Assembly: GCA_963783185.1 (NCBI GenBank)
Contig: CAWAMT010000008.1
Span: 126,827 to 190,826 of the forward strand
Origin: an uncultured Gammaproteobacteria bacterium
GTDB taxonomy: Bacteria > Pseudomonadota > Gammaproteobacteria > Steroidobacterales > Steroidobacteraceae
Reading direction: 5' to 3'
Length of the DNA stretch: 64,000 bases
Shown: positions 45,387-55,604 of the stretch, piece after piece
Layout of the letters: each line of letters begins with the position of its first letter
How positions within the stretch are numbered: position 1 is the stretch's first letter
Translations under genes and position numbers: made by a program
Notes under the pieces: generated by a model
Database searches by the model: none
The model's input: the letters and a program-made list of their open reading frames with translations, nothing else
What the model was told of the DNA's origin: nothing

Positions 45387-46284
45387 CTAGACAGCGGGAA
45401 GCGGATGCACGGTGCGTGCGGCGGCCCGGCCTGATCGAAATGAGCGCAACATCGTGACGGCGGCGTAGACCACAACGAACACTACCAGCCACCGCAGCGC
45501 GACAAGCGGCAAGCGCTTGACCACGAAAGCCGCGAGCAATACTCCCGGAATCGCCCCGATCGTGAGTGCAATCGAGGTTCCAAATCCAAATCGGCCCGAA
45601 CGGAAGAATTGCAGTCCGGCCGTCGGTTGTACCAGTCCACAGGAGCCCATCATGATCGGAAAGGCTGCGAGCGGATGCAGGCCCAGTAGCGTTACGACTA
45701 TCATGCAAGGCGCGTACAGCCCAATGCCAACACTCATCAGCGCACCGAGCAAGAAGTTCACGCCGACAGCGACACCCAACCGCCAACCCGTCAAGGTCAT
45801 CGCGACACCGCCGCCCGGCAACAAGTGCATGTTCGTCGCAGCAAATACGCAACCGGCAATCAGCAACGCCACTCCCATGGCCAATTGAATGGCAGGTCGT
45901 GGCAATGCGGTTCACCACGCCCGCCCCGATCCAAGCACCGAGCGCGGCCGAGGATATGGTCGCCATCAGCAAGACAGGATCGATCACAATAACGCTGACC
46001 ATGATCAGCATCTCAAGTATCGCCGCGGTATTGAGGCCGATATTGAGGGTTCCGGGTATTAGCTCGTCCGCCAGCTTGTTCTGAAACTTGAGAATCGCAG
46101 TGGTTGGTGCAAACGAGCCGATCCCCAATGTGTCAAAAAATGCGACGACAAATCCCACCGGATATTCCGATACGAGCGGGCGTTTCCGACCAACATAGTT
46201 CTTACGACTTCGAAACCAGTTAACGAAGAAAATTATGTTGATAAGTAAAAGTGCACTGAACAGAAGCTTCACTTGCAACGACAT
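45387..46284 (-). CDS. TSUP (TauE/SafE) family anion exporter (frame break near 45895)
   Basis: The N-terminal part is in ORF 45223..46284 (...FFDTLGIGSFAPTTAILKF...) and the C-terminal part in ORF 45387..45905 (...LLGALMSVGIGLYAPCMIVVTLLG...GAIPGVLLAAFVVKRLP). Confidence 0.7.
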
Positions 46285-46366
46285 TGGATCCCCGCGCGCT
46301 GTTACGGCTCATGCCACATTTTGACCGAATCCCGCGATCGTAGAGCAATAAGAGGCAAGTTCCTCA

Positions 46367-46495
46367 CTATTCGCCCGGACACCATGAAATGCCGCAGTGG
46401 CAGCCGATCACTAGTAAGACCGCCACGGCTCGCAATCCTTCGACATCGGGTCGAAAGGAATTGCCGGGCTGGTGGGTAGTCGCGTCTGAATTCAT
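46367..46495 (-). pseudogene. acyltransferase-3 (OafA/YrhL-like) N-terminal remnant
   Basis: MNSDATTHQPGNSFRPDVEGLRAVAVLLVIGCHCGISWCPGE then a stop. The RPD(I/V)(D/E)GLRA(I/V)AV(L)LV motif is typical of the family N-terminus. Only 42 codons remain. Confidence 0.4.
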
Positions 46496-46719
46496 TGAGG
46501 CGCTCGAAGCTCAATGCTTAGCATAGATTTTACCGGCGCTGCGGTCGGTGAATCTGCGCACGGTTTAGTGCGCCAAGCGACGATGACGACGGAGCCGCTA
46601 GCCGCCCGTCACGAGCGGTAGCACGGCATTCAGGGCGAAATCGCCGAGAAAATGCGCGGTAATGTTTCGCACCGGCAGATCGGTCATTCTTTTCTATGTC
46701 TCTTAAGCCAAGAAACCCA

Positions 46720-47475
46720 TCAGCTGTTTTTCGCCGCCGCCCGCAGTAGCGGAGTGATCAGATCGATGGGTAGGGGGAACACGATGGTCGAGCTCTTTTC
46801 GCCGGAAATATCGGCAAGCGTTTGCAGATAGCGTAGTTGCAATGATGCGGGTTCGCTCGACAGGATCCTGGCGGCTTCCGCCAGTGTTTCCGCCGCTTGC
46901 TTTTCGCCTTCCGCGTGGATCACCTTGGCGCGTCGGCCGCGCTCGGCTTCGGCCTGCCGAGCCATCGCCCGGATCATGGTCTCATCGAGATCGATATCCT
47001 TGATTTCGACATTGCTCACCTTCATGCCCCAGGCCGCCGTATTCGCATCTAGGATCTGCTGAATAGCGGCATTAAGCTTGTCGCGCTGAGCCAGCATCTC
47101 GTCCATTTCGTGTTGGCCCGCCACCGAACGCAGGGTCGTTTGGGCGAGCTGACTGGTGGCTTCCCACGGGTTGGTCACCTGCAAAATGGCCTTTTCAGGA
47201 TCGACGATACGAAAATAAACTACCGCACTAACTTTCACCGAAACGTTGTCCCGGGAAATCACGTCTTGCTTCGGCACATTTAGCACGACGGTGCGCAGCT
47301 CCAGCTTCTTCATCTGCTGAATCAACGGCAATACCAGTCGCGGACCTGGGCCTTTGACACCGGTGAACCGGCCGAGCGTGAACATCACGCCACGCTCGTA
47401 TTCCTTCAGAATACGTAGCGAGCCGGCGAACAGAAGCACCAGTACGACGACGATGACGGGTATCGAAAGGCTCAT
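46720..47475 (-). CDS. SPFH/band-7 (stomatin-like) protein
   Basis: ATG 47475 is preceded by aaggagag. [37 protein letters not shown]...[16 protein letters not shown]...[17 protein letters not shown]. Confidence 0.9.
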   Translation of the reverse strand: MSLSIPVIVVVLVLLFAGSLRILKEYERGVMFTLGRFTGVKGPGPRLVLPLIQQMKKLELRTVVLNVPKQDVISRDNVSVKVSAVVYFRIVDPEKAILQVTNPWEATSQLAQTTLRSVAGQHEMDEMLAQRDKLNAAIQQILDANTAAWGMKVSNVEIKDIDLDETMIRAMARQAEAERGRRAKVIHAEGEKQAAETLAEAARILSSEPASLQLRYLQTLADISGEKSSTIVFPLPIDLITPLLRAAAKNS

Positions 47476-47489
47476 CAGCGACTCTCCTT

Positions 47490-48890
47490 CTAATTCTGCG
47501 GTTCGACCCAGAGTGTCAGGTCCACGACTTTGACGATACGGGCCTGTTGACCCGCACGCAGTGGGCTCGCGGCGCGGGCGTTCCACAATTCTCCGCCGTA
47601 GCGAACGACGCACCGGTCCTGACAATCACTGACTGCTTCCACGGTTGCGCCGATCATCGTCTCGACACCGGCGCTCAGGGGCCGGCGTCGCGCACGCGCG
47701 GCCAGCCAGCCGATCGTGACGATGACGAGCCCGCCCGCCACGGCGATTCCGACGATCAACGGTAGTGCCACGCGCAGTCCCGACTCGTGATTGCCGAAGA
47801 GAATGATGGAACCGATGACAAACGCCGTCAGGCCACCCGCGCCGAGTGACCCATACGCCGGCATGAAGAATTCGGTCACGATCAGGCCGATTCCGAGAGC
47901 CATGAGGGCAAGACCTGCGTAGTTGACCATCAGAAGTTGCAATCCGTAAAGTCCCAGCAACAGCGAGAGCGCACCGACGACACCGGGCAGCACCGCTCCG
48001 GGGTTATAACCCTCGAGGAGCAGGCCGTAGATGCCGATCAATAACAGCCCGTAGGCGATGGTGGGATGAGTCAATACCAGCAACAGCCGTGTACGCCAGT
48101 CCGGAGCAACACTTCGCACCGTCAGTTGCTGCGTGTCGAGCACCACCTCGCGATCCGCTAGTTTGACTTTGCGTCCCTGTAGCTGGCGCAGCAGATCCGG
48201 AATGTCTCTCGCGACGATTTCTATGACGTTTTGCTCGAGCGCATCGTTCGCCGAGAGGCTTGCGGCACCGCGCACCGCGGATTCGGCCCACACGGCGTTG
48301 CGCCCACGCAGTTGCGCCAAAGAGCGAATGTACGCGACGGCATCGTTCACCGCCTTGCGCTCACCGGCGGTGCCTGCGGGAATCGGATCTGGGCCGCTCT
48401 TGTTCTTGTCTTCGCCGGGATTGGCGGTCGGCGATGCCGGCGGCGTACTCGGCTCGCCGCCAATCGATATAGGCGTCGCAGCGCCGAGATTAGTCGCCGG
48501 GGCCATCGCGGCGAGGTGGCTCGCGTACAATATGTAGGTCCCGGCGCTTGCAGCGCGGGCGCCGCTCGGTGCCACATAGGTCACGACCGGCACGGGCGAA
48601 GCGAGTATCGCTTTGACGATGTCTCGCATGGAAGTATCGAGACCGCCGGGTGTATCCATCTGAAGGATGACGACGGTGCTGTGGTAGTTCCCCGCATCCG
48701 CGAGCGAGTCCTCGACATAGCGACTCATTGCGGGCCCGATGGGACCGCTGAGTTCGACCAGGGTTGCGAACCGGTCAACGGGTGCGGCTGCATCGGTGCC
48801 GCTCGACACGGAAATCACAAGCAGCAACGCAGCCGCGAGCCGCAGTGCGACGCGGCGAAAATCCATCCCCCCGGACCAAACCTCGCTCAC
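47490..48890 (-). CDS. NfeD-family membrane-bound serine protease
   Basis: ClpP-like N-terminal domain ([20 protein letters not shown]...[11 protein letters not shown]), a multi-TM middle region and a C-terminal OB-fold-like NfeD domain. Directly upstream of the SPFH gene. Confidence 0.85.
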   Translation of the reverse strand: MSEVWSGGMDFRRVALRLAAALLLVISVSSGTDAAAPVDRFATLVELSGPIGPAMSRYVEDSLADAGNYHSTVVILQMDTPGGLDTSMRDIVKAILASPVPVVTYVAPSGARAASAGTYILYASHLAAMAPATNLGAATPISIGGEPSTPPASPTANPGEDKNKSGPDPIPAGTAGERKAVNDAVAYIRSLAQLRGRNAVWAESAVRGAASLSANDALEQNVIEIVARDIPDLLRQLQGRKVKLADREVVLDTQQLTVRSVAPDWRTRLLLVLTHPTIAYGLLLIGIYGLLLEGYNPGAVLPGVVGALSLLLGLYGLQLLMVNYAGLALMALGIGLIVTEFFMPAYGSLGAGGLTAFVIGSIILFGNHESGLRVALPLIVGIAVAGGLVIVTIGWLAARARRRPLSAGVETMIGATVEAVSDCQDRCVVRYGGELWNARAASPLRAGQQARIVKVVDLTLWVEPQN

Positions 48891-49008
48891 TGCCTGACCC
48901 TCGTTGGCGGCGGCTGCGTGTCACCCACCCGGTGATGGTAGCTTGAAGCGGACCGCACGTGTGAGTCCAGGCTCCTTTTGAAGGGCCGAACGCGCTCCGT
49001 TCGTGCCG

Positions 49009-49749
49009 TCATAATATTTGCATCAATGCTCTCGCCCCGGTCAGGACCGCCAACAGCATCAAGAGGCGCAACACCCAGCGTCGAAAATCTACCGGGTCCG
49101 CGTTCATGAAGCCTCGATTGCCCAACCAGACGCCGGCCGCCAGGGGAGGCAAGAAAAGCACCCCGTTCCAGACCGTCGTCCGGCTAAGTAAGCCGCTCCA
49201 GGCCTGCCACGCAAGTGCGCTGACATCGGTGATCAAAAAGAAGGCGATCAATGAGGCGCGACCGGCTACCGCGCCGGAGGGCGAACTGAAGAAGAACAAG
49301 ATCACCGGCGGCCCGCCGATTCCGAAGCTGCCGTTGAAAAGGCCCGAAGCGGTGCCCGTAGTGAAAGTGACAGCCGGCCCCGGCACAGATTTAAGCGCAT
49401 AGCCCTTCGCCAGCAGGACCGCAGCGAACAGCACGAAAACGGCGAGAGCCAGGGTCATGGGGACCGCCGGCACATGAGCGAGTGCATAGACTCCGATAGG
49501 TGTGCCCACGAGGCTGCCTAGGGTGAGCCAACAAAGCGACCGCCAATGGATGTCGCGCCAAACCCCCGGCAAAAGATGCAGGCTTGCCATGACTTCCATG
49601 ATGAAGATCGAAGGTACGATCTGCGCCGGCGGCAATAGAAGAGAAAGCGATACGATGGCGAGCATCGAGAAGCCAAAACCGCTGTACCCTCGGACGACGG
49701 CGGCACCGAAGATGCAGGCAACAGCATAGAGGAGTATCAGGATTTGCAT
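49009..49749 (-). CDS. TSUP (TauE/SafE) family anion exporter
   Basis: Intact 246-aa multi-TM ORF. ...VVRGYSGFGFSML...GTASGLFNGSFGIGGPPVILFF... Confidence 0.8.
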   Translation of the reverse strand: MQILILLYAVACIFGAAVVRGYSGFGFSMLAIVSLSLLLPPAQIVPSIFIMEVMASLHLLPGVWRDIHWRSLCWLTLGSLVGTPIGVYALAHVPAVPMTLALAVFVLFAAVLLAKGYALKSVPGPAVTFTTGTASGLFNGSFGIGGPPVILFFFSSPSGAVAGRASLIAFFLITDVSALAWQAWSGLLSRTTVWNGVLFLPPLAAGVWLGNRGFMNADPVDFRRWVLRLLMLLAVLTGARALMQIL

Positions 49750-49770
49750 CGGTTGGGCTCGCGCCGGCCC

Positions 49771-52073
49771 TCAACGGACAGTCTGACGATCGTATCGGCT
49801 CAGAATCCACAACGCGCCCGGCAATGCGGTGAAATCGGCCAGCAGCGCGAGCACGAAGGCCGAGGCGGCGACGATGCCGAACTCGCGCATCGGCGGCAGG
49901 TCGGAGAGCGCGAGCGCCAGAAAGCCGCTGGCGTTGATGAGAGTCGCGAACAGAATCGGGCGACCCGCCACCAGCAAGGCGTGTTGCAGGGCGCCGGCGG
50001 TCGTGCCGGTCGAGCGGCCTTCCTGAAAATGATAGAAGAAATGAATCTGGTCGTTCTCGGTCGCGCCCAGCACCGTCGAGCCGATGAGGATGGTGGCGAT
50101 ATTGAGCGGAATGCCCGTCAAGCGCATCACGAGAAACACGGACAGGATCGCGAACAACGAGGGAATCATCGTCATCAAGCGGGCGGACGGGCTGCGAAAC
50201 ACCAGCAGGAAGGCGAGAAAAATGACGCTGGCCGTGAGCGCGAAGCTCTCGGTGAGAGTGGGCAGCAGACGCTGCGTGATCTCCGCGCCGAGCACGCCCT
50301 TGCCGACCACGCTGCCGCGCACCGCGCGCAGCGCCGGCTCGCTCGGCCTGGGCCGCGGCCCATGTCCGCTCCACGAAGGTACGCATCGCGCCGACCTGTC
50401 CGAAGAGCTTCGCTCGGCCGCGGATGCTGAGCCGGACGTTGGCGAGGTCTGTCACATCGACATACGCTGCGCGCGCCGGGCTCGGTCAGCATGATCTGCT
50501 CGAGATCCGCGGCGAGCTTCGGCCACGCGGACGCCGCTGTCGGCAGCTGATCGGATCCGGTTTCGACATAGCGCGCCCAGCGCAGCACCGACGTCGGACC
50601 GTCGACCGCGGTGATGCGCGGATCGCTCTCGAGCCGGCGGGTCAACTGCTCCAGCGCGCGCAGGAAATCCGGGTCCAACGCGTGGCCGGGCGGCGTCTGC
50701 AGCCAGAGCTCGACCACGTCGAGCGCGTTCGACTCCTCGAAATGGCGGGTGTCCTGCGCCACGCGCTCGCTCGGGATTGACGTAGGTCAACACGTCCATT
50801 TCGAGCGCAAGCGGTGCAACCACGCCGGGAATGCCGAACAACGCGGCCGCTCCGCACAGCATCAGCACGAGGGCGCCGCCGACCAGCGGCCAGCGATAGC
50901 GGCGGCTCGCCGGGACCAGGACGTCGACGAAACCCGGGAACCATTTGCCGACCGGCACGATGCTCGGAGCGCATCGGGGTCGCGCAGCAGCGACTGCAGC
51001 GCCGGAAACAGCGTGAAGCAGCCGATCCACGCCACGATGAGGCCGCACGCGGTCCACAGTCCCATCTCGCGCACCGGGACGAATGTCCGAGATGGCGAGC
51101 GCGCCGAAGCCGACCGCGGTGGCGAACATCGAGGCGGTGCACGGCAGGAATTTATTCGCGAGCGCGCGCGCATGGTGCTCGAGAAGAGTCGGCGAATCGT
51201 CCGGCTCGATGTAGCGCGAATGAACATACACGAGCGTGGCGGTGGTCGTGACCATGACGGTCAGCGGCACGAGGGTCGAGATCACGGTGTGCGACCAGCC
51301 GAAGAGATCGGCCAGTCCCATGGCGATCGCGACCAGCGGCGCCGAGCGTAAGAATGATGGCCCCCAACGCGCGCCAGGAGCGGTAGATGATCAGCACCAG
51401 CGTCATCAGAAAAAGTCCGAACAGCGGCATGAAGCGCACCGTCGCCGCGCCGGTCTGCCGCTCGAGCCAGGCATCGAGCCACGGCGATCCGACGCGCCGC
51501 ACCTTGGTGAAGGGACCGCCGGAGGCCTCGAGCGGCAGAGCGAGCGCATCGATCGCCGCCAGTGCCCGGTCGCGCTCGGCGGGCGAAGCCACGCGCAGCT
51601 CGAGCGCGATGCCGAAGTAATGGTCGCCCAGAAGGCCGGCGCGGCGGAACAGCGGCGTTCCGGTCGCGAACGTGCGCAGTACGCTCGGCCTCATCCGGGG
51701 CTGATTTCCGCCGCCGAACCGGCGCGGCGGTAGAGGTCGAGGAGGCTGTGAGCCTCGACGTGCGGAATCTTTGCGAGTTCCTGCTCGAGCCGGTCGGCGG
51801 CGCGCAGCGCGGCGGGGCTCAGAGGGTCCGGCGCTTCGAGCATGATCAGCGCCTGCTCGCCCTCGGGAAACAGTCGATCGAATTCGGACGTGGCGCGCGC
51901 GACCGGATCGCCGCGCGACGATCAGTCGCTCGATCGCGGGATCGTTGGGCACCCGCAAGGCGCCGAATATGCCGGCAGCCGTCGAGGATCAGGAATGCGC
52001 CGGCGATCCAGCGTCGCGCTCGCAGTACACGGAGGAAGAATTGAACGACCTTGGGCGAAGCGGGCACACTCAT
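49771..52073 (-). CDS. MMPL/RND-superfamily exporter (many frame breaks)
   Basis: ATG 52073 gives MSVPASPKVVQFFLRVLRARRWIAGAFLIL. Fragments in ORFs 51152..51958, 50452..51321, 50175..50762 and 49771..50322 carry two membrane-domain repeats (...FMPLFGLFLMTLVLIIYRSWRA...; ...ASVIFLAFLLVFRSPSARLMTMIPSLFAILSVFLVMRLTGIPLNIATI...). Confidence 0.65.
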
Positions 52074-52138
52074 GGATGCAGGCGCGCTCTCTTCGACCGG
52101 AAAAGGTCCTCGGCGCCGTAGCATGATAGCCTAAACAC

Positions 52139-52911
52139 ATGAGTACACTGCTAGCCGCAACGCTTTCGACCCTGGTGTTCTGTGCCCCCGGCTATCCGGG
52201 CGGCGCCGGCGACGCGCAGCCGCTCGTAGACCAATTCGCGACCGCCGCCGCAGCGGTGTCCGGCTGGCCGGCGGGCAGTCTTGCGGCCGTCTACGATCCG
52301 ACCGAGGAGGGCGGCCTGGCGAAGCTTGGCCAGGCCGACGCAGTGCTCGCCTTCGTGCCTTATCCGTTCTTTGTCGAGCACGCGGCGGAGCTGCATCTGA
52401 CGCCGCTCGTGCAGGCAGACGTGGCGGACATCGGTCCACAGCAGCGATGGACGTTGGTTGCAAAGGCGGGCCGCGTTACCGATCCGGCATCCATGGCGGG
52501 GTACACGATACTCAGCGTTGCAGGCTATGCCCCCGATTTCGTTCGACATAGCGCGCTCGCGGGCTGGGCGCTGCCGCCGGACGTGAAGATCGCGTCGACG
52601 GGACAAATCTTAAGCGCGTTGAGGCGGGTCGCCGCCGGCGAACCGGTGGCAGCGCTGCTCGATCAGACTCAGGCGGCGGCGCTGCCAGCCTGCCGTTCGC
52701 ATCGCAGCTCAAGGCCGTCATGCAGTCCCCGGAGCTGCCTGTCGCGCTCATTGCCGTGGTCGGCTCGCGCGTGACCGCAGACCGCGCACGGTCTTTGCAG
52801 GAGGGGCTGCTCAAGATGGGTCATGCAGCGGGAGGTACCAACTCATTGGGGCCGCTGCGTTTGCAAGGTTTCGTGCTGCCGAAACTGCCGCCCGCTGCGG
52901 CAGCGCCGTGA
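52139..52911 (+). CDS. hypothetical exported protein (frame break near 52690)
   Basis: N-terminal signal-like MSTLLAATLSTLVFCAPG. Continues in ORF 52720..52911 (...MQSPELPVALIAVVGSRV...). Divergent from the MMPL gene. Confidence 0.4.
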
Positions 52912-53568
52912 CCCCGCGATCCTGGTGCGGGATCTTGATGCTCGCGATCGCCGGCTGCGCGACACAACCCCGGCCGGCCCCGCCGATACAGGGCGCGGCG
53001 CCGTCGTCGGTCGCTGAACTTGCCGCGGCAATCGAGGCGGACGCGCAACGCAGCGATCACGAACCCGACTCGAAGATTCGCGATCGAACTGGCGGCCGAG
53101 GCCAGCCGCGATGCGGATGCCTGCCTCGCGCGTGAGCCGCAAGCGGCCGCGTGTCTCTACGGCAACGCGGTCGCGCTCGGCCTCGATGCGCGCGCGCACC
53201 CGACGCGCGCGGGCGAATCCTTGAACAGCATGCTCGAGAGTCTGGCGCGCGCCGATTCGGTGGATCCCGACTATGACGAAGCAGGACCCGCGCGCGTGCG
53301 GGCGCTGGTGCTGATTCGTGCGCCGGGGTGGCCGCTGGGACCCGGCGACGCCGAGGCAGGTTTGGCTGCCGCGCGTCGCGCCGTAACGCTCCGGCCGCTT
53401 TATCCGCCAAACCTATTGGCGCTGGCGGAAGCGCTGGCGAAAACAGGAGACTCGAACGGTGCCCGGGAAAACTACGCGCGGGCGCGCGACGCCGCGCAGG
53501 CATTGCCTGCTTCGGCCGATCGGGATGATTGGGTCCGCCAAGCCGATCAGGGGCTGGTGCACAAATAG
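52908..53568 (+). CDS. TPR-like lipoprotein (frame break near 53080)
   Basis: The GTG overlaps the previous stop (GTGA). MTPRSWCGILMLAIAGC gives a lipobox. Continues in ORF 53020..53568 with helical-repeat-like sequence. Confidence 0.45.
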
Positions 53569-53622
53569 CTCCGCTGTGTGGATATATTGCTCGATGATTC
53601 GGCAGCGCAGCAAGATCAGCGA

Positions 53623-53651
53623 TTGACCGACACTCCCGGAGCGAATATAAC
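53623..53651 (+). promoter_or_regulatory. sigma-70-type promoter candidate for the Cys-rich/lyase/kinase-LanC operon
   Basis: TTGACC (53623-53628), a 17-nt spacer, then TATAAC (53646-53651), about 90 nt upstream of ATG 53740 in a relatively A/T-rich intergenic region. Confidence 0.5.
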
Positions 53652-53739
53652 CAAAAAGTACCGAGCCCGAACCGGGCGATTGCATTCAATCCAAGCGTTT
53701 AGATTCTCTCGCCGTCACACGCGTCGCAGGGGGATGAAC

Positions 53740-54453
53740 ATGGCAATGTTTCGTGTACGCAATCTTCTGATCCAGGTATTGCCGCCCATGGCGTGCGAAA
53801 CCGATTCCGCATGCATTCCCCATATTTCGGATGATCCAGTAGCCTGCGCCGAAGCCTCGGCGGCCGCATGCGGCGAGTCGACTGAGAACCCCGAAATTTG
53901 GCAGTGCGGTTGCAGCCTGCATTTCGACACTGGGTGCAATATTTGGCGCTACTCGTTGGTCTGCCGTTCGCCCGCAATCACTCTGGATTGTGTTCCCGGA
54001 GGAGTTACCCTCGTCAATAAAGAAGGCGAACTGGCGGCGATCGCGGAGCCGGACCCGTGTCCAGATCCCAACAGCGGCTGCCAAGTGTTGGTTTCTCTGC
54101 CGCTGTGTCCGGTCGTCACGGACACCGGATGCGGGATAATCGTGAATTCCGGAGTTGCGGTCGAGATGCCGGTTCGAGTCTGCTTCCGTAGCGATGAGCC
54201 GAGACTCAACCCCAATTCGTTGGCCGATCTCGGGGTTCTACGCCGTCAGCTGGCCGCCGGGCTCGCAATCGTTGAACGCCGCGAACGTGCTCTATCGGCT
54301 GAACTAACGCCCCAGACGACGCAGCAAGTTGAACAGGCCGAAGCGATTCTGAACAGTGCGCTCGAGGGTCTGAAAAAGCGCAAGGAACATATTCAATCGC
54401 GGGCGCCGGCAGCTGCGAAGAGTGCAAAGAAATCGAGGGCAAGGAAGAAGTAG
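53740..54453 (+). CDS. cysteine-rich protein with Cys-free helical, Lys-rich C-terminal tail; candidate modification substrate
   Basis: ATG 53740 lies 6 nt after aggggg (the track ORF starts upstream at 53578). 237 aa, with 14 Cys all within residues 19-148, many in (S/T)-x(1-5)-C contexts (TDSAC, DTGC twice, NSGC, SLVC, SLPLC). Residues about 150-237 have no Cys, look coiled-coil-like and end in KSAKKSRARKK. Confidence 0.55.
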   Translation: MAMFRVRNLLIQVLPPMACETDSACIPHISDDPVACAEASAAACGESTENPEIWQCGCSLHFDTGCNIWRYSLVCRSPAITLDCVPGGVTLVNKEGELAAIAEPDPCPDPNSGCQVLVSLPLCPVVTDTGCGIIVNSGVAVEMPVRVCFRSDEPRLNPNSLADLGVLRRQLAAGLAIVERRERALSAELTPQTTQQVEQAEAILNSALEGLKKRKEHIQSRAPAAAKSAKKSRARKK

Positions 54454-54473
54454 GTCCGGGAACTAGACAGTCT

Positions 54474-55604
54474 ATGCCTGTGGTCGAACAGAGACCGTCA
54501 GCGCCGGCGGAATGGTCTCGCGAATCCCTTCGCACCTGCGCTTGCTTCGAAGTCGACTTTCATGCGGCCGGCCAGGAAAAAGGATCGGTAGCGGCCGCGC
54601 GCAACCGCCACGATCATACGGTTCCAAACCGATTTTTGACGGTCGAGGAACTCGCCCTCCTCGCTGCGCTCAAAGTAGAAGGCCCTTTGCCGCCCGCGCT
54701 TCGCGCGCAAGTTCGAAGCTGCGACCAACTACTCGCACGGCTCATTTTAGATGGCTTGATAGAGGTGCGCCTGGATGGGCGCTTCCAGAGCGGGGTATCG
54801 GCGCTTTTGCGCCATAACGGCGATCCGTCGCGTGATTCCACCGCGCACGGAGCCGCCGGCATATCGGACCTCGCTCTTGAATACGCGCTCGCCGTGCGGC
54901 ATTTGCACCCCGGAATTCTTGCCGAGCGGCTCTACATGTTCAACTCGCTCCCTAGAAAAACCTTCTTTCCGGGCGATGCCTCGGCAGAGTATGCCGCCCA
55001 AACGGGTGTCGATGCGGGAAGTCCAGCCCCGAAGATCGGCGGCCGTGAATGGTCGGCGCAGACCGACCCGGGTTGGCTGTACTTCCGGCGCGGCAATCCG
55101 TCCGGGGGCCGATTTAAAATTTATCTTTCTCCGCGCCCGCAAGATATTCGACGCGTCATACATAGTTTCGCCGACGCGCTTGGCGCGCGGTCACGGGGCG
55201 GCAGCGTATTCAAAATGGCATTTCCGGCCGCGGCCCTTAGGCGGCCGGATAAGATCGTGGCGTACCTGCCGACCTTCGACGCGCTCCAGCAGTCACTCTC
55301 ACGGTTGGTGGAGCTGTCGCTCGAGGCCAAGGTCCAAGCCGTGCCGTTCTCCGCGCCGGTGCCGCGGGCTCCAATACTGAGTTGGGGAGTCGATCCGCCG
55401 AACGAAGCCACCGGCACGGGCTCGAGTTGGAGGTCCTGGCTGACACATCAGGTGGCTGCATGCGCGCACGCGATACCACAGACAGAAGCACCGGCCGCCG
55501 CGTTGGATCATTTGAAACTTGCCTTGCAATTGAGGGAGATTGATCCGGTCAGCTGGCTTCCGCGCCAGCAACTTCTGTCGCGAGAGTGGAGACTGGAACT
55601 ATGA
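54474..55604 (+). CDS. HopA1/OspF-like phospho-Ser/Thr lyase candidate (tentative), standalone
   Basis: Motifs GRFKIYLSP (55113-55130 covers FKIYLS), VFKMA and RPDKIVAYL (55242-55268) resemble the K(L/I)(H/Y)(I/L)(S/N) ... FK ... R.DK(I/V)V.Y pattern recalled from lanthipeptide lyase domains and HopA1-family lyases. Its stop overlaps the next ATG (ATGA at 55601-55604). Confidence 0.4.
   Translation: MPVVEQRPSAPAEWSRESLRTCACFEVDFHAAGQEKGSVAAARNRHDHTVPNRFLTVEELALLAALKVEGPLPPALRAQVRSCDQLLARLILDGLIEVRLDGRFQSGVSALLRHNGDPSRDSTAHGAAGISDLALEYALAVRHLHPGILAERLYMFNSLPRKTFFPGDASAEYAAQTGVDAGSPAPKIGGREWSAQTDPGWLYFRRGNPSGGRFKIYLSPRPQDIRRVIHSFADALGARSRGGSVFKMAFPAAALRRPDKIVAYLPTFDALQQSLSRLVELSLEAKVQAVPFSAPVPRAPILSWGVDPPNEATGTGSSWRSWLTHQVAACAHAIPQTEAPAAALDHLKLALQLREIDPVSWLPRQQLLSREWRLEL

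Noticed and set aside
53740-53800. Lipoprotein or Sec signal at the N-terminus of the Cys-rich protein (…LLIQVLPPMAC)
   Set aside because: The hydrophobic stretch is short and interrupted by Pro-Pro. PMAC does not fit the L-(A/S)-(G/A)-C lipobox.
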